This document shows positions 33,540 through 44,245 of a stretch of 63,914 nucleotides of DNA, piece by piece; position 1 is the first letter of the stretch, and the number at the start of each line of letters is the position of its first letter. The position numbers and the translations under genes were made by a program. The stretch is from Thraustochytrium aureum. Taxonomy: Eukaryota. The DNA is taken from positions 523,796 through 587,709 of the forward strand of contig BLSG01000216.1 of NCBI GenBank assembly GCA_012862495.1. Reading direction: 5' to 3'. The notes under the pieces were generated by a model. That model was not told the origin of the DNA. It did no database searches and saw only the letters and a program-made list of their open reading frames with translations.

Positions 33540-33944
33540 CTGGACTAGAGCTCATCAAGAGAGCGAGGCTCGCGTCTCTTGTTGGCAACTGGCTGGCCGA
33601 GTCTGGGGCTGATGCAAGCGGAAAGGTCAAGACGTTCGTTCAGACCCATGAGCGAGCGGAATGCGAAGCGCCATACCGCTAGGCGTCTCCGAAGGCACGG
33701 AATCTGGCATGCCTATGAAGTCATGCGGAAGTGACCAACATCTCCGCGCCACAGGAATCAGGTCGCGAAGGTTGGCGCAGCGCCAACTTGCAAACATTTA
33801 GCAACGAAACGAAAGAAAGGCTCACGCGGCCGGGATGGATCTCTTGGCCGGGTGCAGTGCATTGCATGAATTTGAAGGTTTCCCCGTCCTTTATTTGTTT
33901 TTGTTCCTTCAGGTGCAGAAATTCAGGGGTAAGGTTGAAGCACG

Positions 33945-36052
33945 TCACTTGGTCGCAAGGAAAACGTGGTGTTCGGCATCAGCTGCAGCGACAAGGTCCG
34001 GGTCTAACCCCTCGCAAAGCTCGGCTTGGTAGTCCGAGCCCCACTCCACGAGCTCGTTGGTCCGAAACCAGTACCAGGAACGCGGGTTCGAGAAGAACAT
34101 TGCCATCGACTCTTGGCGCCGGGCTTCCAGCAATTGCTCCTCTGGCATGGTTGCAGCGTGCTTGAAGACGTGCACCGGCTCAAAAACGGGCTTTCGCGTT
34201 CGCCGGACGTGCGCGTCCGGTGATTCGTTCGAGATGTCCAAGTTGGGGTGGGCCTCGCGGACGGGTTTGAGCAGCCCTTCGAAAAAGTCGAGCAGCTCCT
34301 GGGCCCACTTTCTGATCGGAAACGCGGGGTCCTCATCTTGTGACTTGTTGTACAGCAGGCAGTTGTTGAAGATGAGGCGCACATCTTCGGCAAAGGCGTC
34401 CACATTCTTGTACTGGCGCTTGTTGAGGTTTTGACGCACAGTGCGAAGGTCCATGGGACGAGCAACGACGAGCGGGTAGTCGTCGAGGCCGAGCGATTTC
34501 CACTTGAGCGGGCGGGCAAACTCGCGGGAGGCAGGGAGGTTGCCAATGGCGTCGAGGAGCGGCAAGCACACCGTGCGGACAGTCGGAGCAGATTTCTCTG
34601 TGCTCGAGGGCGCCGCTGCAGTTGACTTGCGCGTAGAAGGCATGTGGGCCCAAACCACGCGTTCCGACAAGAGATGTCGGTGCTCTGCGAGGCAGAGCCA
34701 CGCCCCGCGCCGCTCCAGGCTGCGCGAGCCCGAGCTCTCTGGTTTGGGCTTGAGGTCGACCCAGGCAATAAGGTGCTTGGCGTGCGGCTCAGAGAACTTG
34801 ACGATCCTCCCCGTTCGAAAGCTCCCCTTCACCTCGATATTGACCAGGCGCCCAACGAGCGGGGCCTGCCTTGTGACTACCTCAGTGCGCTCCGCATCCG
34901 AGAGGAAGGCAGAGAGCCTGGCGCTATTCTTCGGGTTCCACCACATTTGCCCGATCTGCCGGATCACGCCGAGGTTGGCAGGGTCGTTGTGGCGGTCGTG
35001 CTTGGCGCGGTTGGCCCGGATCACGTTTCGCATCTTCACTTTTAGCTTGCCGTACACTGTCGTCTCGCTGCCAGCGTACATGTGCGTCACGTGTGTGCTG
35101 CGCAGGCCCTCCGCGAAGCGCTCCCAACCGCGACGCGAGATGCCAAAGTTTTCGCCTACGTTGAGCGCCCAAATGGTCGGGTTTGCAGAGAGGACCTGGA
35201 TGAGGCGTTCGAGGACCGCGTCGTCCATGCCCTCCTCCATGTTCTGGATGTAGAGCACTTGCACCACCGTGTTGGTCTCCAGCGCACGGAGAACCTCCAG
35301 CAGCACGTGCTTGTTGCTATCCGCGTCGATGTGGTTTTTTAGTCGCAGAACTTGAATGTCTCGGTCGGCTGGGTCGTTGCGCCGCAGGCGGTCAAGGAGG
35401 GCGACGACCCGCGGCTGGCTGAGCTGCTGCTTGCCGTTGCAGCGGTAGCTGCGACGAACCCACGCCTCCCGCGTCGCTAGGCACGCCCTGGGCACCCGCG
35501 GGGGCGGCCTCTTGGCGAGCATCGCAGCTGCCGTCGCCACTCTGCCTTGGCTCGAGTCTTGCGCGCTTGGGCGGCCGGTCGCCACTATTTCCCTCCGCGA
35601 GGCTCTCGCGCTTGGCTTCCTCTAGCAGGGCAGCCTCGTTCATTACCGAGCGGCGCTCAAGGGCCCAGAGCGGCACCCGCTTGTCTCGACCGCCAAGCGC
35701 AAACTTCACCTCGAGGTGGCCTTCGAGGTCAGAGAGGCCAACCACGCGCCCGGCGCCGTGTTGCTTGAATGGGCCGGGACCACTGCGCTTCAGGACGTTG
35801 ACGAGGTCGCCCGGCGCGAAGGCAGATTCGTGCGGCGGCGGAGTGACGACGTCCAATTCAGCCCCGTCTGCGTCGTTGTCGGTTGCGCCGTTGTCTGTTG
35901 CGTTGTAAGTGAGGTCGGGGGAGCCCTGGTCGTCGCTGGATGCCGCGCTGCCGCTTGACCGAGCGCAGTGCTCCTCAGCCAGGCGCGCTTGCTCGTCGGC
36001 CACTTTGCGCTCAGCAAGAAACATTTCAGGCCGAAACTGCAGGTCCTCCTCT
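33945..36052 (-). CDS. Bromodomain protein with SH3/Tudor-like, RNI-like LRR, Tudor and split PWWP modules; 5' end in gap, +1 break near 35530
   Basis: Bromodomain FARPLKWKSLGLDDYPLVVARPMDLRTV...FAEDVRLIFNNCLLYN with the conserved Asn. LRR-like VLRLKN / VLYIQN / WALNVGEN. Tudor-like LVGRLVNI...GRIVKF. PWWP-like VVWAHM ... MFFSNPRSWYW. Confidence 0.8.
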
Positions 36053-36594
36053 NNNNNNNNNNNNNNNNNNNNNNNNNNNNNNNNNNNNNNNNNNNNNNNN
36101 NNNNNNNNNNNNNNNNNNNNNNNNNNNNNNNNNNNNNNNNNNNNNNNNNNNNNNNNNNNNNNNNNNNNNNNNNNNNNNNNNNNNNNNNNNNNNNNNNNNN
36201 NNNNNNNNNNNNNNNNNNNNNNNNNNNNNNNNNNNNNNNNNNNNNNNNNNNNNNNNNNNNNNNNNNNNNNNNNNNNNNNNNNNNNNNNNNNNNNNNNNNN
36301 NNNNNNNNNNNNNNNNNNNNNNNNNNNNNNNNNNNNNNNNNNNNNNNNNNNNNNNNTCGGGGGAACTATAGTCTCGGGGAAATGTTGCTCTCCGGAAGGG
36401 GGGATTTTTACTGTGGTGGCTGTTCCGCTCTGTTCGGATGAGAGGGCCTTTGGAAGACTCGACTCGGGGAAAGCGATTTTTGGCGGGGGATGTGAGGGCG
36501 GAGCGTTTCTGCACATGATGTGTGGGTAGGTAGGGCCTGTTCCTTTCTTTCCCCCTCCCAAACGGCTCGGGAGGGAAAAACAGCGAGCCTCCGC

Positions 36595-36770
36595 AGGAAC
36601 GCAGGTACGCACCTCTTGGCCAGTACGAGGAAACCACCGCACACCTTCACTTCGAAGGCAGGAACGCAGGTACGCACCTTCCGGCAAGTACGAGGAAACC
36701 ACCGCACACCTTGGTAAGGGGAGGAACGCAGGCACACTCCTTCGACAACGAGGAAACCGCCGCACACCTT
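36595..36770. repeat. Three-copy ~63-bp minisatellite between divergent genes
   Basis: Unit AGGAACGCAGGTACGCACC..n..ACGAGGAAACCACCGCACACCTT starts at 36595, 36660 and 36722. Confidence 0.9.
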
Positions 36771-37101
36771 GCGCGTGAACGTGAAAACGAGAGCGCACCG
36801 ACCGGCCGAAGGTTCATCGGAGCGCGCGCGCACCCCAGAGCGTAACGGATTTCTCTCGCTGGGGCGATTGATGTCCGTTGGCGCAGCAGCGTGTGCAGGC
36901 AGCGTGCGGGGCGAGCGCCTCGGCGGCACGGGCTGCAGGATAGAATCGGTGCGGGTGGTCGCGCGCGCGAGGGCGTCCGTTCGCTCGAGCTTGCAGGCGC
37001 TGCGCGGGCCCACGACCGACAGGAAGGCGCCAAGCCGGTCGTCGCGGATTCGGCGAGCGCAAGGCTCGGGCGCGCGAGCCGCGTCAGAAGGCGCACGAGC
37101 A

Positions 37102-38961
37102 ATGGCGACGGATTTTGCCCAGTGGGTGTCGGGACTCGATGCCAAACGAGAGAGCCGCGGCGGGCCCGGCTTCGGGTCGGCACGCAGCGCGCTGAGCGCG
37201 GAGGAGGACTTTGGCGGAGACGCGCTCGACGCCTCAGGCGGCAAGTCGGCCGAGCAGAATCTGAAAGAACTCGAGCAAGAAATGAAGCTGCTGCACTGGC
37301 ACAAGCTCGCAAACGAGGCTGCGTTGAAAGCCGCGCTGATCAAAACCAGGAGGCTGAAGAACAAAGAGGCAATGGAGCGCGGCGGGTCGCGGCACAGCGA
37401 AAAGGCCGCATGGATGCAGCAGGTCATCCAAGAGGAACAGAGCAAGCCCCTCGAAGTCACGGAGGAGTTTATTCGCGCCTATCAGGAGCGGGAGGAGAAG
37501 GAGGATCAGCGGGTCGAGCGCGACACGCGCAACCACTTGAAGGAGCTCCAGCGCGTCAAGAGCGAGGTTGAGCGGCGGGAAGACCTCCGGAGACGCAACG
37601 AGACATATCGCGAGAAAAAGCTCTTGATGGAGAAGCGCGCCAAGGCCATCCAGAACGCCAGCCTTAGGCAAGCAAAGTACGGTGCGCCACGCGAAGGCAA
37701 AGGGCTGGATGGCTCGGGCATGCTCGACGTGCCAAGTCTTGCCGCCCACGACCCAGCTGGCGCCACACATGGGCTGGGCGTTTCGGGCGGCGGTGACGAG
37801 TCTTTTCCGCCAAACAAGCGGCTGGGCAAGGTTGTCACCTCTCTGGACAAACTTGTTGAGCTGGAGAAGCGCATCACGCAGCTCGAGCACGAGTACGACG
37901 ACACGGGGGCAACTCGGCGGCGCAATGTGGTTCAGTTCGCCAAGCACCGGGTCGCTGCAGGCGAGGACGGGCCAGCTCGGACAAAGTACCACGTGCGAGT
38001 CAAGAGAGCGCAGGGCGCTCCGCCAGCTCGGGCGCGGCGCGGCAATAACAACCAGGAGGAGGAAGAGGACGGGCTCGACGAGCAGGCGCACGGCGGCTCC
38101 AGCACGTTCATCACGTCGCTCCCGAAAATTCGAAAGAGCAACGCGGGCGCGCAGGACGACTCGGGCGCAGCAAAGAAATCCCGCACGAGCTCGCGGGCGC
38201 TTGTGGCACGAAACGCAGCGCCGAGCAGGGCGGCGGGCTCTGGAGCCAACTCGAGGGTGCGCAGCCGCTTGCAAGGTGCACAGCGGCAGGACGCAGTGGT
38301 CTCCAAGTGGCTCAAGGAGAGAACAAAGGCAAGCGCCGCCTCGGCTCCGCGAGGGGCGGCCTCGCGGGCTCGGCGCGCAGGCGGGGCTGCCACGACCGCC
38401 CTGGTGCCGCGCGGCTCGGCCACCCGCCAGCCAACGCGCAAGGTGCCGACAGCGAAGGAGCGCATGCGCGAGTTCAGAGAGGTTCGCAAACAGTACGAGA
38501 AGAAGAAGTCCAGCTTGCACCGGTCCCTGCACGCAAAAGCAGACACTGCTGTCCGCCGGGTCCCGGCAGTGACAAGCCATGCTGGTACGAAGAGGCCTCT
38601 CGCCGGGTCCCGCCTTAGCGCTCACGCCGCGGCCACAAAGCGCGGCGTTCGCAGCACGAGCAGGGCGCTAGCAACGCAGGCCGCAGCGGGCGGGCCAAGC
38701 GCCGGGGCTGGCGTCGTGGTTCGCAATGTGGGCGCGAACGGCAGGGGCCGGCTCGAGGGCGTGCGTTTCCCAGGCCACGCGTCCAGGGCTGCTGGGGTGC
38801 GATCTAGCTCGAAAAGGCTCATCGGCCGCAATGGCAAGGCCGTTCGCAAAGGCCAGACTGGCCCGAAAACGCTGCAGCCTATTGCGAGCCAGGGCTTTGG
38901 CGTTGTCGGCCAGTCCGCAGGTCTCGGCATTGACGGCAACCTGCTCCCACGCATCAACTAA
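37102..38961 (+). CDS. Uncharacterised protein: N-terminal coiled coil and basic low-complexity C-terminus
   Basis: ATG 37102 (MATDFAQWV), 619 aa. Coiled-coil segments plus LPKI/LPRI motifs, which are often seen in ciliary or microtubule-associated proteins (inference). Confidence 0.75.
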   Translation: MATDFAQWVSGLDAKRESRGGPGFGSARSALSAEEDFGGDALDASGGKSAEQNLKELEQEMKLLHWHKLANEAALKAALIKTRRLKNKEAMERGGSRHSEKAAWMQQVIQEEQSKPLEVTEEFIRAYQEREEKEDQRVERDTRNHLKELQRVKSEVERREDLRRRNETYREKKLLMEKRAKAIQNASLRQAKYGAPREGKGLDGSGMLDVPSLAAHDPAGATHGLGVSGGGDESFPPNKRLGKVVTSLDKLVELEKRITQLEHEYDDTGATRRRNVVQFAKHRVAAGEDGPARTKYHVRVKRAQGAPPARARRGNNNQEEEEDGLDEQAHGGSSTFITSLPKIRKSNAGAQDDSGAAKKSRTSSRALVARNAAPSRAAGSGANSRVRSRLQGAQRQDAVVSKWLKERTKASAASAPRGAASRARRAGGAATTALVPRGSATRQPTRKVPTAKERMREFREVRKQYEKKKSSLHRSLHAKADTAVRRVPAVTSHAGTKRPLAGSRLSAHAAATKRGVRSTSRALATQAAAGGPSAGAGVVVRNVGANGRGRLEGVRFPGHASRAAGVRSSSKRLIGRNGKAVRKGQTGPKTLQPIASQGFGVVGQSAGLGIDGNLLPRIN

Positions 38962-39330
38962 GCGCTTGCGCGTAGCTGGGCCAACCGCCAGCCGCTCTGT
39001 TGCATTGGTCGGGCACCTGCTTCGCGCGGCCGACCCGAGCCGTCTTTTATAAAAAAAATCTGATGGACATTGCGTCAGCGCAGCGGAGGCCCTCGTCCGT
39101 ACGAAGTAGCTGGACAGTGAGCGTCTTCGGTGCCGGCGGGACTTGCGCCAAGCACCGCACTCGCTTTTGCTTGTAGTCGCAAGGTTTGGCGGCCGGCACC
39201 GGCGCATTCGGGAGCGCGGCGCCCGCCCGCCGCCCCGCGCGTGGGAACGGCAGGCGGAGGAGCGACCAACCCGACACCAAGCAACAAGGTGAACAACAAC
39301 GCAGAATTCCGGGGGAGTTTAGTCGTGTGC

Positions 39331-39828
39331 TTAGAAGCGCAGCTTCTGGTAAAAGTACTTGACGCCCTCGACAGACTTGGGGTTCTTCCGCTTCTGCTGC
39401 GCGAAGAGACCCTGCTCGAAGACCCTCTTGAGCGCCTTCTTGGCGAGGATGCGCTTCTCCGGGTCGGCGACGGTCTGCTCGTCGATGTCGACGACGATGG
39501 GGTCGCTGGGCTCGGTCTCGTCCTTCTTCTTGGGGGCGGGGAGCTCGAGCTTCTTGAGCTCAAAGTCAACCTGGTAGCGGGTGGGCATGACGTGGTTGAA
39601 GTTGAGCACCTTGACGAAGGGGCGAATAACAGTGCGCTTGGCGATCTTGCGCTTGCTCATCGAGCGCGTCACGCGCTTGGGGTAGCGGTCGATGCCAGCC
39701 ACCAGGAGGTGCTGGAACTTGCGCGAGTTGGTGCCATCGTCGAACGTCTTGACGATCACCGCCTTGCGCCCGGCGAAGCGTCCGTTCAGGACGACGACGA
39801 CCTTGCCCTGCTTGAGAAACTTGCCCAT
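39331..39828 (-). CDS. RPL27: 60S ribosomal protein eL27
   Basis: [27 protein letters not shown]...AGIDRYP...[10 protein letters not shown]...YFYQKLRF. Confidence 0.97.
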   Translation of the reverse strand: MGKFLKQGKVVVVLNGRFAGRKAVIVKTFDDGTNSRKFQHLLVAGIDRYPKRVTRSMSKRKIAKRTVIRPFVKVLNFNHVMPTRYQVDFELKKLELPAPKKKDETEPSDPIVVDIDEQTVADPEKRILAKKALKRVFEQGLFAQQKRKNPKSVEGVKYFYQKLRF

Positions 39829-40888
39829 CCTGCCGACTGCTCGCTCTGCTCCTGCCCTGCCCTGCTCGCCCTGCGCTGCCTGCACTGCCTGCTCTGCCGC
39901 ACTGCTGCTGCCCCACTCACTCGCTCACTGCCCTTGCGCTTCTACCTACTAGGCAACCACCCGCGCCTACCAACCAACACCTCCAGCCCACTCTCAGTCC
40001 GCTCCGCCACGCACTACCCTAACCACGCTGCTGGGCAGGCACTAAACGAACAGGGAGTTGATCCCGAAGAGCGCTACCAACGGGCAAGCGGGTATTCTGG
40101 NNNNNNNNNNNNNNNNNNNNNNNNNNNNNNNNNNNNNNNNNNNNNNNNNNNNNNNNNNNNNNNNNNNNNNNNNNNNNNNNNNNNNNNNNNNNNNNNNNNN
40201 NNNNNNNNNNNNNNNNNNNNNNNNNNNNNNNNNNNNNNNNNNNNNNNNNNNNNNNNNNNNNNNNNNNNNNNNNNNNNNNNNNNNNNNNNNNNNNNNNNNN
40301 NNNNNNNNNNNNNNNNNNNNNNNNNNNNNNNNNNNNNNNNNNNNNNNNNNNNNNNNNNNNNNNNNNNNNNNNNNNNNNNNNNNNNNNNNNNNNNNNNNNN
40401 NNNNNNNNNNNNNNNNNNNNNNNNNNNNNNNNNNNNNNNNNNNNNNNNNNNNNNNNNNNNNNNNNNNNNNNNNNNNNNNNNNNNNNNNNNNNNNNNNNNN
40501 NNNNNNNNNNNNNNNNNNNNNNNNNNNNNNNNNNNNNNNNNNNNNNNNNNNNNNNNNNNNNNNNNNNNNNNNNNNNNNNNNNNNNNNNNNNNNNNNNNNN
40601 NNNNNNNNNNNNNNNNNNNNNNNNNNNNNNNNNNNNNNNNNNNNNNNNNNNNNNNNNNNNNNNNNNNNNNNNNNNNNNNNNNNNNNNNNNNNNNNNNNNN
40701 NNNNNNNNNNNNNNNNNNNNNNNNNNNNNNNNNNNNNNNNNNNNNNNNNNCATGATGCAGACAGAGTCAACACGCATCGCGTTTCATTGCAGATCGATTG
40801 CCGTCTTGCCGGCTGAGCGGCCACGAGCGGCCACGAGCGGCTGGCTGACTGGCTGGCTGGCCGGCCGGCTGGCTGCCACTGCGAAGGG

Positions 40889-41680
40889 ATGTGGACGGCG
40901 TACAAGCAAACGCTGCAGCGGCGGCCCTTGCTGACCAAGGCAGTTACGGCTGCAGGGACCATGTTTTGCGCAGACTCCATGGCACAGGTTGTGGACAGGC
41001 GCACCGCGACCAGGCTTGTGAACAAGTTTGGATCCCCAAACCTACAGGCAATGTGCCCTGTGAATGTGGATTGCAAGCCCCAGTCTCGCAACGAGCAGGT
41101 CAAGCTGATGGAGCACAACTGGCGTAGGTCGCGAGACGTCGCTGTCGTGGGGCTTGCCTTCTCTGGCCCGGTGAGCCACTTTTGGTATTCGGGCCTCGAG
41201 GCCGTAGTGCACTCGGGCAGGTTTCCAGGCCCGCGAGGCGCCTGGATGCGCCTCGCTGCCAAACTCGCGCTGGACGCCACCGTGTTCACGCCATTCGCCT
41301 GTGCCGGGTACTTTGGGATTCGCGGCTTGCTTGAAGGCAAGCGGTTGCCAAACGTAGTGGACAAGCTCCGCGACAAGCTCCCTGACGCGGTGTCAGCATC
41401 GTGGCACTTTTGGCCTCTTGCCAACGTGATCAATTTCTCATTCGTCCCATTGCCTTTGCGCGTTCTCTTCAACAACGTTTTGTCACTCGGGTGGAACGCC
41501 TGGTTGAGCCAGCTCAACTCGGCGAGGCTGGAAGCAGCGGTCTCGCAGCGCGAGGAGGGCCTCATGGAAGCTGCGGTCTCGCAGCGCGAGGAGGGCCTCG
41601 GCTCGCCCTTGCGTGGCCATGCTGCTGCGAGCAACCTTCGGCCGTGCGTCTGCTCGCACTGCCGCGCGCAACGAGCCTGA
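40889..41680 (+). CDS. Mpv17/PMP22 family membrane protein
   Basis: YKQTLQRRPLLTKAVT...ADSMAQ, GPVSHFWY, KLALDATVF and FWPLANVINFSFVPLPLRVLFNNVLSLGWNAWLS. Confidence 0.93.
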   Translation: MWTAYKQTLQRRPLLTKAVTAAGTMFCADSMAQVVDRRTATRLVNKFGSPNLQAMCPVNVDCKPQSRNEQVKLMEHNWRRSRDVAVVGLAFSGPVSHFWYSGLEAVVHSGRFPGPRGAWMRLAAKLALDATVFTPFACAGYFGIRGLLEGKRLPNVVDKLRDKLPDAVSASWHFWPLANVINFSFVPLPLRVLFNNVLSLGWNAWLSQLNSARLEAAVSQREEGLMEAAVSQREEGLGSPLRGHAAASNLRPCVCSHCRAQRA

Positions 41681-41943
41681 AACGCACGGGAGAAAGCCTT
41701 CTATTTCCCTTTCGCAAAACCCAACGATGAACGAACTGCTGTACTAACTGTGCATAAGGGTATGTACCTTTTGAGCTCTCTAGAGTGGCTGGAGCTGTGG
41801 GAAGCAGCACCAGCAAAGGAGACCGCCGGGCACCTGCTGCAGCGCGAGTCGCACAGCCGCCCATCTCCCCCTTCCGCCCATCCGCACCACTCCTGCACAG
41901 TTGTGAGATGGCCGCCAAGGCAGTAATCGGATCAATCAGTCTC

Positions 41944-43040
41944 TCAATCCTTGCGGTTCAGAACGCGCCTCGCAGTGTTGACAACGTCAGCGATCTGCGG
42001 CAGCGCGCTCTGCTCCAGGTTGGCTGCGTACGGCATCGGCACGTCCGCCCCAGTGATGCGCTGGACAGGAGCGTCAAGGTAGTCAAAGGCGCTCGACTCC
42101 ATGATTACGGCGCAAATCTCCGCGCCCACGCCGTGCTGCGGCCAGCCCTCCTCCACGGTGATCAGGTGGTTGGTCCTCATCACCGACTCAATCACGGTCT
42201 GCGTGTCGAGCGGGCGGATCGACCGAAGGTTGATCACCTCAGCCTGGATCCCTTGCTTGGCGAGCTCCTCGGCCGCCGCCAAGCAGGTGCCCACCTGGCG
42301 CGACATGGTCACCAGCGTGATGTGCTCGCCCTTGCGCTCGATCTTTGCTTTGCCAAACGGGATCACAAAGTCCTTGCCCATCACCTCGTCGCTCACGGTG
42401 AACTCGGTGCCGTACATCAGTTCGTGCTCCAAAACGACCACCGGGTTGGGGTCTCGGATCGCTGCCTTGATCATCCCGCGCGCGTCCTCGGCGCTGTACG
42501 GCATCACAACTTTGAGGCCGGGGCAGCTGCCGTACCAGGCAGCAAAGCACTGGCTGTGCTGGGCACCTACGCCCGACGCGGCCCCGTTCGGGCCGCGAAA
42601 CACGATCGGCACGTTGCAGGTCCCGCCCGACATGTACAGCTGCTTGGCCGCCGAGTTGATGATCTGGTCGATGGCTTGCATGGAAAAGTTGAACGTCATG
42701 TACTCGACTACCGGCCGCAGGCCCTTGTACGCCGCGCCGACGGCGAGCCCGGTAAAGCCCATTTCCGTGATCGGCGAGTCGATCACGCGCTCGCTGCCAT
42801 ACTTGGCGTGCAGGCCCTTGGTCACCTTGTAGGCGCCGTTATACTCTGCCACTTCCTCGCCCAGCACAAACACGTTCTCGTCGCGCTCCATTTCCTCGTC
42901 CAGGGCCGAGTTCAGCGCCTCGCGCACCGTGATCTTCGTGCTCATCTCGCGGTGCGCTCCCGCAGCGCCCGCGAGCGGCCGAGCCAGGCCAGCCGCCAAG
43001 CCGGCCTGCACGCGCGCCGTGCGCGCAAGTGCCCGAGCAT
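41944..43040 (-). CDS. PDHB: Pyruvate dehydrogenase E1 beta subunit, mitochondrial
   Basis: [27 protein letters not shown]...DSPITEMGF...[17 protein letters not shown]...DVPMPYA. An Arg/Ala-rich transit peptide is restored if ATG 43040 is followed by a 1-nt indel; the in-frame ATG at 42945 would lack it. Confidence 0.96.
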
Positions 43041-44025
43041 TTCCCTTGTAGACCCGCTTCCTCCCCGCGCAACGACGAAGCCGACGCCACTGCCTCTGCC
43101 GCCAGCACCGTGTCGCGCTCTTTCCCGCAGCAGCTCGCGCAGGCCTTGGCCGAGCTGGACCGACGCGTTGTGCCTGCCTGCCTGCCTGCCTGCCTACCTG
43201 CTGCCTGCCCTGCACAAAAACCNNNNNNNNNNNNNNNNNNNNNNNNNNNNNNNNNNNNNNNNNNNNNNNNNNNNNNNNNNNNNNNNNNNNNNNNNNNNNN
43301 NNNNNNNNNNNNNNNNNNNNNNNNNNNNNNNNNNNNNNNNNNNNNNNNNNNNNNNNNNNNNNNNNNNNNNNNNNNNNNNNNNNNNNNNNNNNNNNNNNNN
43401 NNNNNNNNNNNNNNNNNNNNNNNNNNNNNNNNNNNNNNNNNNNNNNNNNNNNNNNNNNNNNNNNNNNNNNNNNNNNNNNNNNNNNNNNNNNNNNNNNNNN
43501 NNNNNNNNNNNNNNNNNNNNNNNNNNNNNNNNNNNNNNNNNNNNNNNNNNNNNNNNNNNNNNNNNNNNNNNNNNNNNNNNNNNNNNNNNNNNNNNNNNNN
43601 NNNNNNNNNNNNNNNNNNNNNNNNNNNNNNNNNNNNNNNNNNNNNNNNNNNNNNNNNNNNNNNNNNNNNNNNNNNNNNNNNNNNNNNNNNNNNNNNNNNN
43701 NNNNNNNNNNNNNNNNNNNNNNNNNNNNNNNNNNNNNNNNNNNNNNNNNNNNNNNNNNNNNNNNNNNNNNNNNNNNNNNNNNNNNNNNNNNNNNNNNNNN
43801 NNNNNNNNNNNNNNNNNNNNNNNNNNNNNNNNNNNNNNNNNNNNNNNNNNNNNNNNNNNNNNNNNNNNNNNNNNNNNNNNNNNNNNNNNNNNNNNNNNNN
43901 NNNNNNNNNNNNNNNNNNNNNNNNNNNNNNNNNNNNNNNNNNNNNNNNNNNNNNNNNNNNNNNNNNNNNNNNNNNNNNNNNNNNNNNNNNNNNNNNNNNN
44001 NNNNNNNNNNNNNNNNNNNNNNNNN

Positions 44026-44168
44026 TCCTTGGGCGCCAGCAGCGCCATGGCCTCGAGCCCCTTGAGCGCCAGAGCAGCCTTGTACAGCGCCAGGGCGCAG
44101 TACACAGGGCCCGAAGCCGCGCCGAGGCCCCCTCTCGGCCGCGGCGGCGCCTTGTGGTCGCCGGCCAT
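44026..44168 (-). CDS. Possible 5' end of a small gene running into gap 43223-44025
   Basis: ATG 44168, MAGDHKAPPRPRGG...VYCALALYKAALALKGLEAMALLAPK. Divergent from PNPase; no recognisable family. Confidence 0.25.
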
Positions 44169-44245
44169 CGTCGCTCTGGAGGGGCGAGCCCAGACCAGAC
44201 CCCTTTCGGTGGCCACAGTTCGAGGTGTTGGTGGCGCTGCGGACG

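Noticed and set aside
36595..36770. Repeat-spacer pattern suggestive of CRISPR
   Set aside because: The variable segments are only ~9-12 nt, there are three degenerate copies, no cas genes, and the context is eukaryotic.
39045..39058. TTTTATAAAAAAAA between convergent genes as a bidirectional poly(A) signal
   Set aside because: It is plausible, but a single short AT run is insufficient evidence without 3'-end data.
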